From positions 1 through 64,000 of the IMG/VR virus record IMGVR_UViG_3300036826_000357: DNA of 64,000 nucleotides. One strand, written 5' to 3'. Made by a program: the position numbers and the translations under genes. The DNA is from a virus. Of the stretch, positions 47,668 through 57,100 are shown in pieces; the first letter of the stretch is position 1, and each line of letters begins with the position of its first letter. A model generated the notes under the pieces. The model made no database searches. It worked only from the letters and a program-made list of their open reading frames with translations, and was not told the DNA's origin.

Positions 47668-47874
47668 ATGGCTGACCCGCGCAATTGGGAACCAGACGGC
47701 TTCTACCGCGTCATCGGTCAGCACTTCGTCGCCGGCATCGAAGTCCGCTACGGCATCGTCGTCCGCACCGCCCCGATCCTCGACTGGCTCGTCGCCTGGA
47801 AACGGGAGTGGCCACTCCATCGGCTCCAAGTGTACGCCCTGCGACGAGGCTGGAAGGTGGAGCACCTGATATGA
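47668..47874 (+). CDS. Hypothetical protein
   Basis: HFVAG...V.RTAPIL.W...RRGWK. Confidence 0.6.
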   Translation: MADPRNWEPDGFYRVIGQHFVAGIEVRYGIVVRTAPILDWLVAWKREWPLHRLQVYALRRGWKVEHLI

Positions 47875-48119
47875 AGCACGTCACCGCCGAAGAGTACCGA
47901 CAGATCGAAGAGGCAGATCGCGAGTACCGCCGCACGCACAAGCGCTGCCCGTGGTGTTTCGGCGGTATCGACGTTCGCCGCAGATGGTTCCTGCTTCCAG
48001 GCTGGTGTCGGTATTGCGGCGGTACAGGACAACTGATTGTCAGATCAGACTCGCCCGAAACGTCTACCTGATAGAGGCAGTTCTCTCCCCGGCTTCGTGC
48101 CCAAGGAGTCTTTCGACGC

Positions 48120-48163
48120 GGGCGGGTCAGCCACCAAGTGTGGCCCCGCCCAGCCTCTTTTTG
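48120..48163 (+). terminator. Terminator at convergence of early and tail arms
   Basis: GGGCGGG..GCCAC/GTGGC..CCCGCCC then T-run. Confidence 0.6.
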
Positions 48164-48177
48164 ACCACGTGGTCAAA
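48160..48177. promoter_or_regulatory. Perfect 18-bp palindrome TTTGACCACGTGGTCAAA
   Basis: Third perfect copy. Confidence 0.8.
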
Positions 48178-48967
48178 TCGCGCAGCGCACGATCGCGATC
48201 AGCGTCGCTTGACTGACCTGCGCCGTCGCCGTCACTTCGCTCGTCCAGCCAGTCGCGCCATCCGGTGCCGAGTTACTCAGCAGCAGCTTTTTCTCGTCCT
48301 GCGGTTTCGCCGTGACAACCATGAAGCCGCCACTGACGACCTGCTCGCCTGCGAGACAGACCGCCGTCGCTGTCAGGGACTCGCCACCCTTGATCGATGT
48401 CCCCTCTGCACTCGCCGTCCGCGTCACCAGAGTGAGACTGCCGCCACCACTCCCGGTCGGTCCGGTCGCACCTGTTGCGCCGGTCGCCCCGGTCGGACCC
48501 CTGGCCCCGGTCGGCCCCATCACTCCCGCCGGCCCGGTCGGTCCCAGAGCCCCGGTTGCCCCGGCCGTCCCGGGCAGTCCCATTGGTCCGGCCGGTCCCG
48601 GCGATCCTTGAGCACCCGGCGTTCCTGGCAGTCCCGGAGCACCTGTCGGTCCCGGCATCCCCGCCGCACCGTCTACCCCGGTCGCCCCGGTCGCTCCGGT
48701 TAGCCCAGTCGGCCCGGTCGGTCCCGGCAGACCATCCCAGCCCATGGTTCCCGGTGGCCCGGGTGGCCCAGTCGGTCCAGGTGATCCCGGTGGTCCCGGT
48801 GGTCCAGTCGGTCCCGGTGGTCCAGGCTCGTTGAGACCGCCAGCCGACTTCTCCCCCTTGCGACATTCCTCCGCCCGGAGAGTCACCAGGCCATTTTTCT
48901 TCTGGCAGAAAACTGCCGCATCAGCCTGAGTCAGCGCGAGCAGCACCAGAAACGCAATCACCGCCAT
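48173..48967 (-). CDS. Secreted collagen-like protein
   Basis: Signal peptide [17 protein letters not shown]; long Gly-X-Y tract; C-terminal C..GE.VVSGG domain. Confidence 0.85.
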   Translation of the reverse strand: MAVIAFLVLLALTQADAAVFCQKKNGLVTLRAEECRKGEKSAGGLNEPGPPGPTGPPGPPGSPGPTGPPGPPGTMGWDGLPGPTGPTGLTGATGATGVDGAAGMPGPTGAPGLPGTPGAQGSPGPAGPMGLPGTAGATGALGPTGPAGVMGPTGARGPTGATGATGATGPTGSGGGSLTLVTRTASAEGTSIKGGESLTATAVCLAGEQVVSGGFMVVTAKPQDEKKLLLSNSAPDGATGWTSEVTATAQVSQATLIAIVRCAI

Positions 48968-49431
48968 TTGAGCGCCGCCGGATAACTCGTTGTTGTCCAC
49001 CGCGACCGACTCGGTTTTCCCGGTCGCCACCGACGCAAATACTGCCGCCAGGCTTCCTCTTCATCCCCAATCTCCGGCAACGGCTTCTTCTCCAACCACA
49101 GCACCGAGCGCGCCATGATGCAGGCTAGCGTATCGGCACCCTGCCCAATGGCAATCGCCGTCCGCGCACGACTGATCGGGAAATTCAGTGCCTGTGCCGC
49201 CTTCCGGAACGGCGCTAGCTCTGGCCGCATCTCGAATTCCGCGCAGCCACCAGCTACCTCGAACTGCCACAGACCCCGTGCCGGCCCACCCGATTGTGTT
49301 CGATGCGAGAAATGCGATTCCTGCATCCCAATCGCAATTAACATCACCACCGCTTCGAGGGAGTCATAGGGTTCCCCGAGCCATTTCAGCGGCGGCTTGA
49401 TAATCAGGTCCGAGGCAATCTCAGGAGTCAC
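48958..49431 (-). CDS. Putative endolysin (lysozyme-like fold)
   Basis: AIGMQES...[12 protein letters not shown]...W..YLR.WRPGKP. Confidence 0.7.
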   Translation of the reverse strand: MTPEIASDLIIKPPLKWLGEPYDSLEAVVMLIAIGMQESHFSHRTQSGGPARGLWQFEVAGGCAEFEMRPELAPFRKAAQALNFPISRARTAIAIGQGADTLACIMARSVLWLEKKPLPEIGDEEEAWRQYLRRWRPGKPSRSRWTTTSYPAALKWR

Positions 49432-49575
49432 GACGGCTTATACACTCCCAGCAAATCCAGTCCGGGTAAGGATCCGGGGGATCGCGTAAGTCAATCACCA
49501 CGAGCTTGACGGTGCACTTCGCACAGCGGACTTCGTGGGTCCGTAGCTCATATTCTTCCGGAATGTCGTCCCGAC

Positions 49576-50343
49576 TCACACGTACTCCTCGATCGCGATG
49601 CTGGCATCGAAGGTAACGAGCCCACGCGCGACAGATACATCATCCGTATCGCGTTGCCCGATCACGAACTGCGACGTATCCCCGAGATTGTCGTACCAGA
49701 CCACCGGGGATCCCTTGCCGACATTCACCAGGGTAAACACATCAGTTCTCACCGTGGCATTCTGATAGAGAAACTCCGGGTTACCTGGAGCGCCACGCAA
49801 ATATGGCGGGCCATCCTGATTAATCTCGCCGCCGCCACCCTCGTACGTGATCTTCGTCGCCGCCTGCTGAATGATCCATGTCAGCGGTGCCCCGATCGGA
49901 TCGGTCCACGTCCGCACCGTCACCAGAATCAGAATCGTCCCGATTTCCACGAACGTTGTCGCCCCTAAGCTCTCCGCAGAAATACGCACGTACCGAGCGG
50001 AGAATGCGGTATCCTGCCAGAGCTTTTTGACGTTCGTGCGCTGATCGGTCGGAATGGTAATCAAGCCGAGATTCGTCGGCCAGGTACTATTATCGTTCCC
50101 AGCCTCGATTCGTAACTGCGTCGGTCCAGTCACATCCTGAATCACCACGGCAGCAACTGCCTGTGTCGTCCCCAGATCAAACGTCAGACGCTCCGTATGT
50201 GTGCCGCCGGCAGTGGTGGAACGCCAGACACGTGCCGGCCGCGTTATCAACCCCACATTTGACGCGGGAAACCCTGGCTGTGCCGTCGTTGCCGTAATGA
50301 GCGGGGTCGGAAACGTGGTGGCGACCTTCGGTCCAATGGCCAT
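49576..50343 (-). CDS. Tail protein (discoidin-like)
   Basis: WRS...LTFDLG...ARYVRI; tail module position. Confidence 0.7.
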   Translation of the reverse strand: MAIGPKVATTFPTPLITATTAQPGFPASNVGLITRPARVWRSTTAGGTHTERLTFDLGTTQAVAAVVIQDVTGPTQLRIEAGNDNSTWPTNLGLITIPTDQRTNVKKLWQDTAFSARYVRISAESLGATTFVEIGTILILVTVRTWTDPIGAPLTWIIQQAATKITYEGGGGEINQDGPPYLRGAPGNPEFLYQNATVRTDVFTLVNVGKGSPVVWYDNLGDTSQFVIGQRDTDDVSVARGLVTFDASIAIEEYV

Positions 50344-50345
50344 GG

Positions 50346-53300
50346 CTACGTCACCAGTACCGGGTACGGTCCAAAGGTTCCAATTAGCCGATCTTGAATG
50401 TCGTACATGCGGAATGTGTAGTAGTACGGATTCGGGTCAGTCGCCGGAACCACATCCACCATTGTAAGCAGCGGCAGCGTGTAATCGGAGGGCGTAGTCT
50501 CGGCCAGTAATGCCGGCGTACTCGTGGCTGGTCCCTGCCGCCATATCCGCATCGTTCTGAAGTACCGTGGCAACGGCTCGCGTTGCGTAATCGTCACCTT
50601 CATCTGGGTAATCATCGCAGCGCCGATGGCATCCTGCGTTTTCGGCACCACACCCCAGAACATGTTGCCGACATCATTCACCTGCCACGGACGATTGATG
50701 TACGGATTCTGCGGATAGCTCCAGATGAGGTTGGAATATGTCGCCCCAACTAAGAAAGAGGTTGCATCGATTCCTGAACCTCCACCGACAAGACTGCCGT
50801 ACTGCGCGGCATATCGCTCCGTTCCGGAGCCCGCATTAACCCGCATCCGTGTCAGGAAATCGACATTGGAAATCTCCGCTCCTGAAGCGAGCCCTGCACC
50901 AGCAAATCGCATCTTCACAGCCGCATTCGCATCACCCGCGATGTACGTTGCATCAGCATCGGGCGGATCTTCATCGATACACTCAGGATTCGTGGCTGGT
51001 GGCGGAGGCGTACCACCCGGAATGAACCCATGGTTAAAGACTGGATTCGGTGGCGGATCGATTTCCTGTACCGGATACCAATTCGTGACACGGCCAGGAA
51101 TTATCGTCACTGTGACAGTCAGACCATCCACCCGACTTGTCGCTGCCATATTCCCGAATGCCGTTGCTGGCCCCGGAGGCGCGGACGGATCCGCCGGCAG
51201 TGGCAACGGATCGTACACATAATCCGCTGCCGTGTAGGGTGTGACCGTGACCTGATTCGCCGCCGACACTCGATTCGACCGCCGGACCCGGGCATCGAAT
51301 GCCGTCCCAGACCGGAGTGTTACCTCGATCACTCTCCCCGGGACGATATTCCTTGCCTCGTGTCCCAGCGCTAACTCGATGGTTGCATCATCAGTCTTCC
51401 GGCGCTTCGCCCGATAGCTCCGAATGATATCCGCTGTGACGGGATCGTAGACTAACTGTGTCTGTACTTCCTCGATCTGCTGTCCGACTCCATTGACATC
51501 CCCATCGGCAGAACTGAGCAGGAAGTTGATGACGCGTCCTGTCTCATCCCGCACAGGTTGAAATCTGACCCGTGTCTTGCCGATCGTCTCAGCCAACGAT
51601 GCGCGAGCTATCCCACCGACCTGCGCGATATTCCGCCACGGATCACCAATGGAGAAGGCAGCGTCTGCAATGGAAACTGCCTGGTCGACAGCAGCCGTGA
51701 CCAGTCCCGCCGATGTCAACGAATAGCGCAACCCGCGAAATGTACGGAAGTTGTCCATGACTCCATCGGAGCCATCGATGGTTGCAGCATCGGTAAATGC
51801 TCCGTCACAGCGGAGCCCGTGATTTTCAATGCCGGCCGCATCATCTTCTGCGGTATCCCAACTCGTCGGATCGAGTGCCATCCCGGATACGTCGAGTGCT
51901 TCCCGCAGACACGTCACGAAATTCCGCCGTCCGAGATAGTGTGCACGGCGGTAATACGCGAGGCCGCGTGCCCCACTACTGAATCGGACTGGCCCAAGAT
52001 CACCTTGCGCACCCGCCCCGATGGTCGAACTACCACCAAGAATCATCGGATCGGTCGCTTCTGGATCGATCGAGTCTCGCCCGTACTTCACATATCCCCG
52101 CCCCGATCGAGGCGTAGACTGAATCAAGACGCCATTGATGTAGAGGTCGACAGTCGTTGCACCGACATCGACCCCAATGTGCATCCACGTATTCAAGGTA
52201 ACGTTGGCAGTTTGGAGTGTAAGTGTCAGTGGACTTGCCCACGTCGCTGGATTTGTCGTGATATCGATGGTGAATTTGATCTTGTTCAGATCGTGGAATA
52301 ACTGCCAGCCATCCCGGGGTCCATCGACAATCGCCCCGGTCTCATCCGTCCGCAGCAGGAACCAGACTTCGAGCGAGAACTGATGCAGCGCATACGCATC
52401 CCGCGCTGCTACCGACTCTGCCATCATCGCTCGCAACGCATTGCAGCGGATGGCTCCATTCCCGTACCGAGATATGCCTGCTACCAGATGACTGGTATTC
52501 GCCGTATTCCCAGCCATCGCGATGGCATGATGACCGCCGATGTCATCGTAGAGCCCGCGTTGCCAGTCCCATTCACTGACTACCCGCGCATCCACATCCG
52601 CCATGAGCCGCTGCCCATCGACTACCAACGAACTGACTCCGGCATCCTGCCCGCGAGGATCACGTCCCAGCCGAATAGCCGTCTGATATCTGCCCCCCTG
52701 CAAATACGTTCGCTTGATGACCTGATAATCCCCTGCTCCGAGTGGTAATCCACCTTGCCGAACTGCCTGCACATGCAGGTTCCCATGTAACACCACAAAG
52801 TCGTACAGATCGGCGATATTCGACGGTAACCCGCCGAAGATGATTAACTGCCCACTCCCATCGGTCGAAATGGTAATCGGCGCATTCGTGAATGCTTCAG
52901 ACTCCTTCGCTGCCAACTGAAACGTATCGTCATCCAGCACAATCACCCAATAATCCTTGTCAACCACCAATCCTGTGGGCAGCGTCCCATTCACTGCCAT
53001 CACATGGTACGGTCCATTCCCGGTTTGGAAGCCATGTGCGCGCGAACTGAACGAGTCATTCGTGGCCAGGCCGGTGAATCCAATCCGGATTTCCTTGTTC
53101 TCGTCGTTCCGCGCCCGCGCGTATCTGCCCGGGAGTCCCCGATTCACGCCCCACCCATGCGGTACGACGGAGCCGAGACCACCACTCGGCGATCCGTCAG
53201 CCGGCGCATACGGATGCTCCAGCGAATTAATCACGTAGGCAGGGAATACCTCGTTGACTTTGGCAGGATCGAGTGCCGCACAGAGTAACTGAATGGTCTG

Positions 53301-53792
53301 ATCGTCATGTGCCACAGCCGCAATGCGGCCCACGGCGATGTTCAGTACCGTCGTATCCGTCAGCACATCGTAGGAATGCACGTTGACCAACCAGCCCCGG
53401 ACTTCCGTCGATCCGATCCAGTTCGTGATGTCCGGCGTGGCAGTCTCGATTGCCCGTAGCCGCAGCCGCACCGTGAACTGCTGCTGCTGAAGATTCCCAC
53501 CGAAGGAATCCGGCTCCTCAAGCGTAATGGAAATCGACTCGACTACACGTTTCTCGAAGAGTGCCGGCCCGAATGCCGTGGGATATACGTCCCGCGATGC
53601 AAACCGCAGTGGCGGTAAGGACAAATCCACCGGGAGATTGAGTGTGGTCGAATCCTGGTAGTGAATCTCAACGAGAAAACAGAGACTCGGAGCCGTCAGT
53701 AACGGATTCGCTGCGACGGGAAGTAATCCACCACCGTCCGCAATACCCCAATCGAATTCTCCCCAGCCCGGACCCTCACCCCATCCAGCCAT
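50346..53792 (-). CDS. Tail tip / host-specificity protein with LamG domain
   Basis: 1148 aa; HGFQTG...LPTGL...YWV; FSLEVWF...WMHI...LYING. Confidence 0.8.
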   Translation of the reverse strand: MAGWGEGPGWGEFDWGIADGGGLLPVAANPLLTAPSLCFLVEIHYQDSTTLNLPVDLSLPPLRFASRDVYPTAFGPALFEKRVVESISITLEEPDSFGGNLQQQQFTVRLRLRAIETATPDITNWIGSTEVRGWLVNVHSYDVLTDTTVLNIAVGRIAAVAHDDQTIQLLCAALDPAKVNEVFPAYVINSLEHPYAPADGSPSGGLGSVVPHGWGVNRGLPGRYARARNDENKEIRIGFTGLATNDSFSSRAHGFQTGNGPYHVMAVNGTLPTGLVVDKDYWVIVLDDDTFQLAAKESEAFTNAPITISTDGSGQLIIFGGLPSNIADLYDFVVLHGNLHVQAVRQGGLPLGAGDYQVIKRTYLQGGRYQTAIRLGRDPRGQDAGVSSLVVDGQRLMADVDARVVSEWDWQRGLYDDIGGHHAIAMAGNTANTSHLVAGISRYGNGAIRCNALRAMMAESVAARDAYALHQFSLEVWFLLRTDETGAIVDGPRDGWQLFHDLNKIKFTIDITTNPATWASPLTLTLQTANVTLNTWMHIGVDVGATTVDLYINGVLIQSTPRSGRGYVKYGRDSIDPEATDPMILGGSSTIGAGAQGDLGPVRFSSGARGLAYYRRAHYLGRRNFVTCLREALDVSGMALDPTSWDTAEDDAAGIENHGLRCDGAFTDAATIDGSDGVMDNFRTFRGLRYSLTSAGLVTAAVDQAVSIADAAFSIGDPWRNIAQVGGIARASLAETIGKTRVRFQPVRDETGRVINFLLSSADGDVNGVGQQIEEVQTQLVYDPVTADIIRSYRAKRRKTDDATIELALGHEARNIVPGRVIEVTLRSGTAFDARVRRSNRVSAANQVTVTPYTAADYVYDPLPLPADPSAPPGPATAFGNMAATSRVDGLTVTVTIIPGRVTNWYPVQEIDPPPNPVFNHGFIPGGTPPPPATNPECIDEDPPDADATYIAGDANAAVKMRFAGAGLASGAEISNVDFLTRMRVNAGSGTERYAAQYGSLVGGGSGIDATSFLVGATYSNLIWSYPQNPYINRPWQVNDVGNMFWGVVPKTQDAIGAAMITQMKVTITQREPLPRYFRTMRIWRQGPATSTPALLAETTPSDYTLPLLTMVDVVPATDPNPYYYTFRMYDIQDRLIGTFGPYPVLVT

Positions 53793-53795
53793 AGA

Positions 53796-54122
53796 TCACG
53801 GATTCTTCGGTGGGCATTGCGATAGCAGGATTTTACACGATCCCAGATCGATCTGCGGATCACGCGGACGTAACTTCTTCCGTTTCTCGGTAAGCTCATT
53901 CAGCTTTGTGTTACAGGGGTCGAGGAGCGTACAGGGTCCGGGACGCCCGGCACACATCTGAAGCGCCGCTTGGACACACTCGTCAACACGAATCTGCTCC
54001 AGAAGGATCTGCTCCTCCAATTCCAGACCCCAGACCTGCGCACCACAGACATCGTAGACACGCTGGCACACACCCTCATTAAACGTCGCGGCCAGGAGAA
54101 TCCCTGCGAGAATCATCATCAC
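53796..54122 (-). CDS. Small secreted Cys-rich protein
   Basis: Hydrophobic N-terminus, multiple Cys. Confidence 0.55.
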   Translation of the reverse strand: MMMILAGILLAATFNEGVCQRVYDVCGAQVWGLELEEQILLEQIRVDECVQAALQMCAGRPGPCTLLDPCNTKLNELTEKRKKLRPRDPQIDLGSCKILLSQCPPKNP

Positions 54123-57100
54123 ATCACCGTGTCAAAGCTAACATAGAGAGCACACGAAGCAGCAGTAGCAGCCAACGATGTACCGACCACGGAGACCTGT
54201 TTCATGGTAAAGCGATCCCCAAGTGCAAATGCAATCGGTGCACTCGCTGAACCCGCTGCTGGTGTACACTGCTGAACACCCGCAGTCATCTGACAGAGCA
54301 TGGTTGTATCAGAACTGCCACCTGCACTGCCTCCAGTACCCTTCCGCACAGTAAACGTGCGCGTGGACGTACCACCGGGAGTATCACTCGCGGTGCAGGT
54401 CATCTTCCAAATAGTTCCTGCTCCAACAATCACACTCCGGAAGTTGTTCTCCGTCGCATTGTTGTCGTTTCCCCACAACGAGCTAAACAACGTCTGCGCC
54501 GTGGTCAGCAGAATCGGGAAGTCAGTCCGCGCGATCGAGCCATTCCGCAACGAGATCGATCCGAACGATCCCTGGTAGTTGGCAATCGAGCCCACAGATG
54601 CTGGTGTCGGCCACCGATAAAAGCCATTGTCTGCGACATCAACGTTAACGACATTCGCTGTACCCGCAGTCGGGAACTTGATTGCCGTTGAATTCGTGCT
54701 GTTCGATCCATCGAAAATATTGCTGACGATCTGGCTGCCAGTAATCACCATATTGCCAAGAGATTGTGGCCCAACCATGTCAACTCCAATGATACTGTCT
54801 ACAGTACCACCAGGAAACACGGTATTCAGCGCAATATTCAGATTCGTGTGCGGGCTGGTAGCGCCGTAGTCAGACAAGCGGAAAAACGCAGTCGGCGTCC
54901 GAGCCAAGCAGCTACCAGCAGTACAGCAATATTTGCCCGCCTCAGATCCAGTCTGACAACAGGTGATAGCACCACCAGGGCAACCACCTAATGTGCCGGT
55001 ACTACACGTCGCACCACCATTACACGTAGACGTGGCCGTCTCACATAATTGTCCCGCCGGGGTCGTACCACACTGCTTCACAGGCTGCTGCGACGGCATG
55101 AACACCACATTCTTTGCGTACGTGTTATGCGTCGTCCCACAACCACCACCAGTACATCCCGCATGACCAATCCACGCGAATGCCGGCTCTGGTACACACT
55201 TGAAGGTCACCGAGCAGGTACCACAATCCGCGTCGCTATTGCACTGATTCCCACGGTTTGGAACAGCGCAGGATGGATCACATGTCGTCGTCGGCCGCAC
55301 GGAATTACTTGAGTTACAATAGTTCCCATCTACGAAGACACCTGCACCACCGAGATTGAAGCAGGCTCCTGCCTGCGACACAATACGATTCGCAACGTAC
55401 TGTGTATTATTCAATGATCCACTCGGCGCGTTTTCAGCCGTGATGCCACGCCACCCACCTTGAATATGATTCAGCCCAACACGATTCTGCGATCCCGCTG
55501 AGCCCAGCTTTATACCGATCCCATGAGCAGCCGGTAATTGAGTCCCCTGCGAAAACCCTATCCTATTATTGGAAATCAACGCATTCGCCGTATCATGATT
55601 GCTGATTCCGATCTGGTTACCAATCACACCATTATCCTTGATCGTGTTATCAGCGATGAGAACATCAGTTCCGGTGCTCTCGATGCCTATTCCATTCCCA
55701 CCAAGCTCTTTGATCGTGTTACTGACAATGTGCGAATTCACGGCGGTCGAATCGATCCCCTTCGCATAAGACTGCAAGCTATTACTCCCCAGCTTATTGG
55801 CAATCACTCCTGCATCGTCACCAGTCAGCGAAATCCCCGTGCATCCAGTCCCAAGATTCAGCGCCTGCGATTTAGCGACCTGTCCGTATGTACTGATAAC
55901 GAAGCCACAGGCAGCCGTCCCAGGCCCATTGAGAGATGGAGGCCACACCGTCGACTCATCAATACGTGTCTGCGCAGCAGCATTGAATGAGAACGACTTC
56001 CCACGAGCGTACGTACGAATCAGCTGAGAGTCAGACCCGACCTTCATACCGTAAAACACATTCGTGGTCGGCTGCGTGTTGTTCTTGTTGGCTGCTGCGA
56101 ACGCATTGTTCGCAGCACCGTAACAGCACGTTCCACCATTCAACCCTGCCGACAGACACCGAGAATCTGTCGGTGTCGCGAATGGTGACGTACAGTCCGT
56201 CAGTTCCCGCGCTGCATTCACATTGACTAGTGTCGACTGATTTCCCACACTAAGTGAGAAGCCCGAAGAACTGTTCGGCGTGACGAAATGATCGTAGATG
56301 CTGACATTCGTCAGCTTCGCATTCGTGGTTGATGTCAAATCCAGCGGGATGATATTCCCCGGTCCCGATGGCGAGAGCGGAGCACCAGTACACGATCCAC
56401 CACCCGTCGTGCAATTCATCTTCGACAGATCGCAGGTACCCGATATACAGTCACCATTCACATCACATCGTGCTCCTGGCAATGTCGACCCCGTAGAACA
56501 TTCCTGCCGGCACGGCTTCCCAGGATTCGAGCCACCCACACAGCGCTGGAACGGATCGGCCTGAGCCGCCCAGATCGAGCAGTTCTCAATGAAAATGTCG
56601 CTCGATGCTCCTCCACTATCCTTCAGCATCGTGTAGGTCTGTCCCGCAGTCGGTGCGAAACACGTTGTTGCCGTACACGCAGCACCTGCTCCTGCTCCGA
56701 AACTGCTCACACACGTTCCAGAGCCAGGGCAATCTGCGTTCGTATTACATGTCGCACCACCGAACGGAGCGAAGGCACTCGCACTCGCCCCGAATGTACC
56801 CGTCGAACAATACTGCTGCTGCGCGAAGAAGCCGGCACTCTGATCTGCACACACAATGTGCACGTTGTTCGGGATGAGAATGGACGCTGCTCCTGCACCA
56901 GGAGACTTCAACCCAAGCTTGCAGCCACCCGGTATGTAGATAGTCGCTCCAGTCGACCCCAGCGCGTTCAGGGCTGCCTGCACTCCAGCCGTGGAATCTG
57001 TCAGGCCGGAACAATCAACTCCAGGCGTTGCCGTGATACTGGTCGTAGAAATGGTATCCCACTGCAATACATCGCCGGTATGCCAGACAAGTACATCACC

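Noticed and set aside
48440-48830. GC-rich 9-bp periodic repeats
   Set aside because: Explained by collagen Gly-X-Y codons
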